From assembly GCF_000039765.1 (NCBI RefSeq), contig NC_004459.3, positions 630,001 to 662,000 of the forward strand: 32,000 nucleotides of DNA, given 5' to 3'. The notes beneath the pieces were generated by a model. That model was not told the origin of the DNA. It did not search any database and saw only the letters and a list, made by a program, of their open reading frames with translations. This document shows, one piece after another, positions 30,791-32,000 of the stretch. The position numbers were made by a program, and so were the translations under genes. The number at the start of each line of letters is the position of its first letter. The first letter of the stretch is position 1. The stretch comes from Vibrio vulnificus CMCP6 (GTDB lineage: Bacteria; Pseudomonadota; Gammaproteobacteria; Enterobacterales; Vibrionaceae).

Positions 30791-31552
30791 TTAGGCACAG
30801 ATGACGCGCACGCCATTGGCTTCCATTTCGGCTTTGTGTTCTGGCAGCAAGTCATTGTTGGTGATCAGAATATCGATCATCTCCCACGCCAGTTCGAGAT
30901 TCGGGATTTTGCGCCCCACCTTATCGGACTCAACCATGACGATCACTTCTCGTGAGACTTCCGCCATCACTTTGCTCAGGCCGACAAGTTCATTAAATGT
31001 GGTGGTCCCACGGGTCAGGTCAACACCATCTGCGCCGATGAAGAGCTGATCAAAGTCGTACGATCGCAACACCGATTCGGCCACTTTTCCTTGGAAGGAT
31101 TCAGAATGGTTGTCCCAAGTTCCGCCAGTCATTAAAAGCGTAGGTTCACTTTCCAGCTCGTTCAACGCGTTGGCTACGTGCAATGAGTTGGTCATCACCA
31201 CCAAACCGCGTTTGCTGTTGAGTTGCTGAATAAGCGCCCCGGTTGTGCTACCGCTGTCGATCACGATACGGTTGTGGTCTCGAATCAGCTCCGCCGCTTT
31301 CTCTGCGAGTTTTAGCTTTCGATCCGAAACGTTTTGACTCATTTCTTCATGAATCACTTCTTTGGGGATCGCAATCGCGCCACCGTAGCGGCGCAACAAT
31401 TGGCCATTCTTTTCTAATGACGCCAAATCCTTTCGAATCGTGACTTCTGAGGTGTCAAATTTATGAGCGAGCTCGTCAACACTGACCTCTCCTTTCTCAT
31501 TAACCAGTTTAGAAATACTGTGTCTTCTCAGCTGAGTGTTTCGTTTCGACAT
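30791..31552 (-). CDS. DeoR/GlpR family transcriptional regulator
   Basis: ORF 253 aa; HTH 'RRHSISKLVNEKGEVSVDELAHKFDTSEVTIRKDLASLEKNGQLLRRYGGA', sugar-phosphate-sensing C-terminal domain 'IVIDSGSTTGALIQQL...GVDLTRGTTTFN'. Confidence 0.95.
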   Translation of the reverse strand: MSKRNTQLRRHSISKLVNEKGEVSVDELAHKFDTSEVTIRKDLASLEKNGQLLRRYGGAIAIPKEVIHEEMSQNVSDRKLKLAEKAAELIRDHNRIVIDSGSTTGALIQQLNSKRGLVVMTNSLHVANALNELESEPTLLMTGGTWDNHSESFQGKVAESVLRSYDFDQLFIGADGVDLTRGTTTFNELVGLSKVMAEVSREVIVMVESDKVGRKIPNLELAWEMIDILITNNDLLPEHKAEMEANGVRVICA

Positions 31553-31982
31553 TTAACTTTTAACTTTAAGTTTCGAATTGAAAGAAATTATAGTTGAAGT
31601 GAAACTTTTTAGTCCATTTATTTCGATCCAAAAAATTAATAAATAGCGCTGAAACCTTGTCCTAAGACAATTCTTAGACAGTGATATTGACTGAATTCAG
31701 TGGTAGAATTCGCCTCCGAAAAGAAAATTTATTACAGAATTGACCGTTATTTTTTTGCAACTTTCTTCATATAAAGTGGATAAAGTCACAAAAATAGAGA
31801 ATTTTGAATTATTGAGTTGGTCATAAAATGACTAAACTTGATGAAAGACTTTCAACCCTGATGTCATTAAGTTTTTTGTAGATAGGCCCGCTGAGAAGCT
31901 AAAAAAAGTGGGACATGTAAAGGCATTAGGCTACAAACACCGACTTTCAAATTGTAACTATATTGACCGGAGAGTATCTTCC

Positions 31983-32000
31983 ATGAAAAAGACCAAAATC
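31983..32000 (+). CDS. pykF: Pyruvate kinase, first six codons (continues off the right edge)
   Basis: ATGAAAAAGACCAAAATC = MKKTKI, as in pykF (MKKTKIVCTIGPKTES in E. coli), with a GGAG ribosome-binding site 12 nt upstream. V. cholerae has pykF next to the DeoR regulator and glmS (VC0485-VC0487, from memory). Confidence 0.7.

Noticed and set aside
440-31443. Numerous 60-147 aa ORFs in the supplied track lying antisense or out of frame inside larger genes (for example 789..1175, 8271..8654, 10163..10504, 19685..20047, 23288..23695)
   Set aside because: Each overlaps a strongly supported conserved CDS, shows low-complexity or frame-shadow composition, and has no recognisable domain; they are expected by chance opposite GC-balanced coding sequence.
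1-32000. CRISPR arrays, transposons, prophage genes, restriction-modification, retrons, toxin-antitoxin pairs or other defence modules
   Set aside because: I looked for regularly spaced repeats, reverse transcriptase, transposase, recombinase and methyltransferase signatures in all translated ORFs and the larger intergenic gaps and saw none; nearly all sequence is accounted for by housekeeping genes.

Overview
The window looks like conserved Vibrionaceae core chromosome. I judged this by protein similarity and gene order from memory, with no database search. Going 5'->3' it contains: the 5' end of glnE (minus strand, off the left edge, absent from the ORF track); a methyl-accepting chemotaxis protein; a TVGYGD ion channel; a CYTH/CHAD protein (YgiF-like); a DUF47/TIGR00153 protein plus PitA-type phosphate transporter; the ygiM-(gspAB)-cca-uppP-folK-folB-plsY-(alpha/beta hydrolase)-tsaD block; the rpsU-yqeY-dnaG-rpoD macromolecular-synthesis cluster; a tRNA-Ile2(CAU); a SIMPL-domain protein; a two-domain OlsF-like acyltransferase; an orphan TRAP substrate-binding protein; mtlA-mtlD-mtlR; glmS with a DeoR/GlpR-type regulator; and the first codons of pykF at the right edge. 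I found no CRISPR array, transposon, prophage, toxin-antitoxin or defence system, and no clearly undescribed biological system. The observations most worth checking are a Pho-box-like 11-bp-phased repeat upstream of the olsF-like gene, the CRP-rich long leader of mtlA where a Vibrio MtlS-type antisense sRNA is expected, a gspA-gspB fusion, and a perfect palindrome in a divergent intergenic region.
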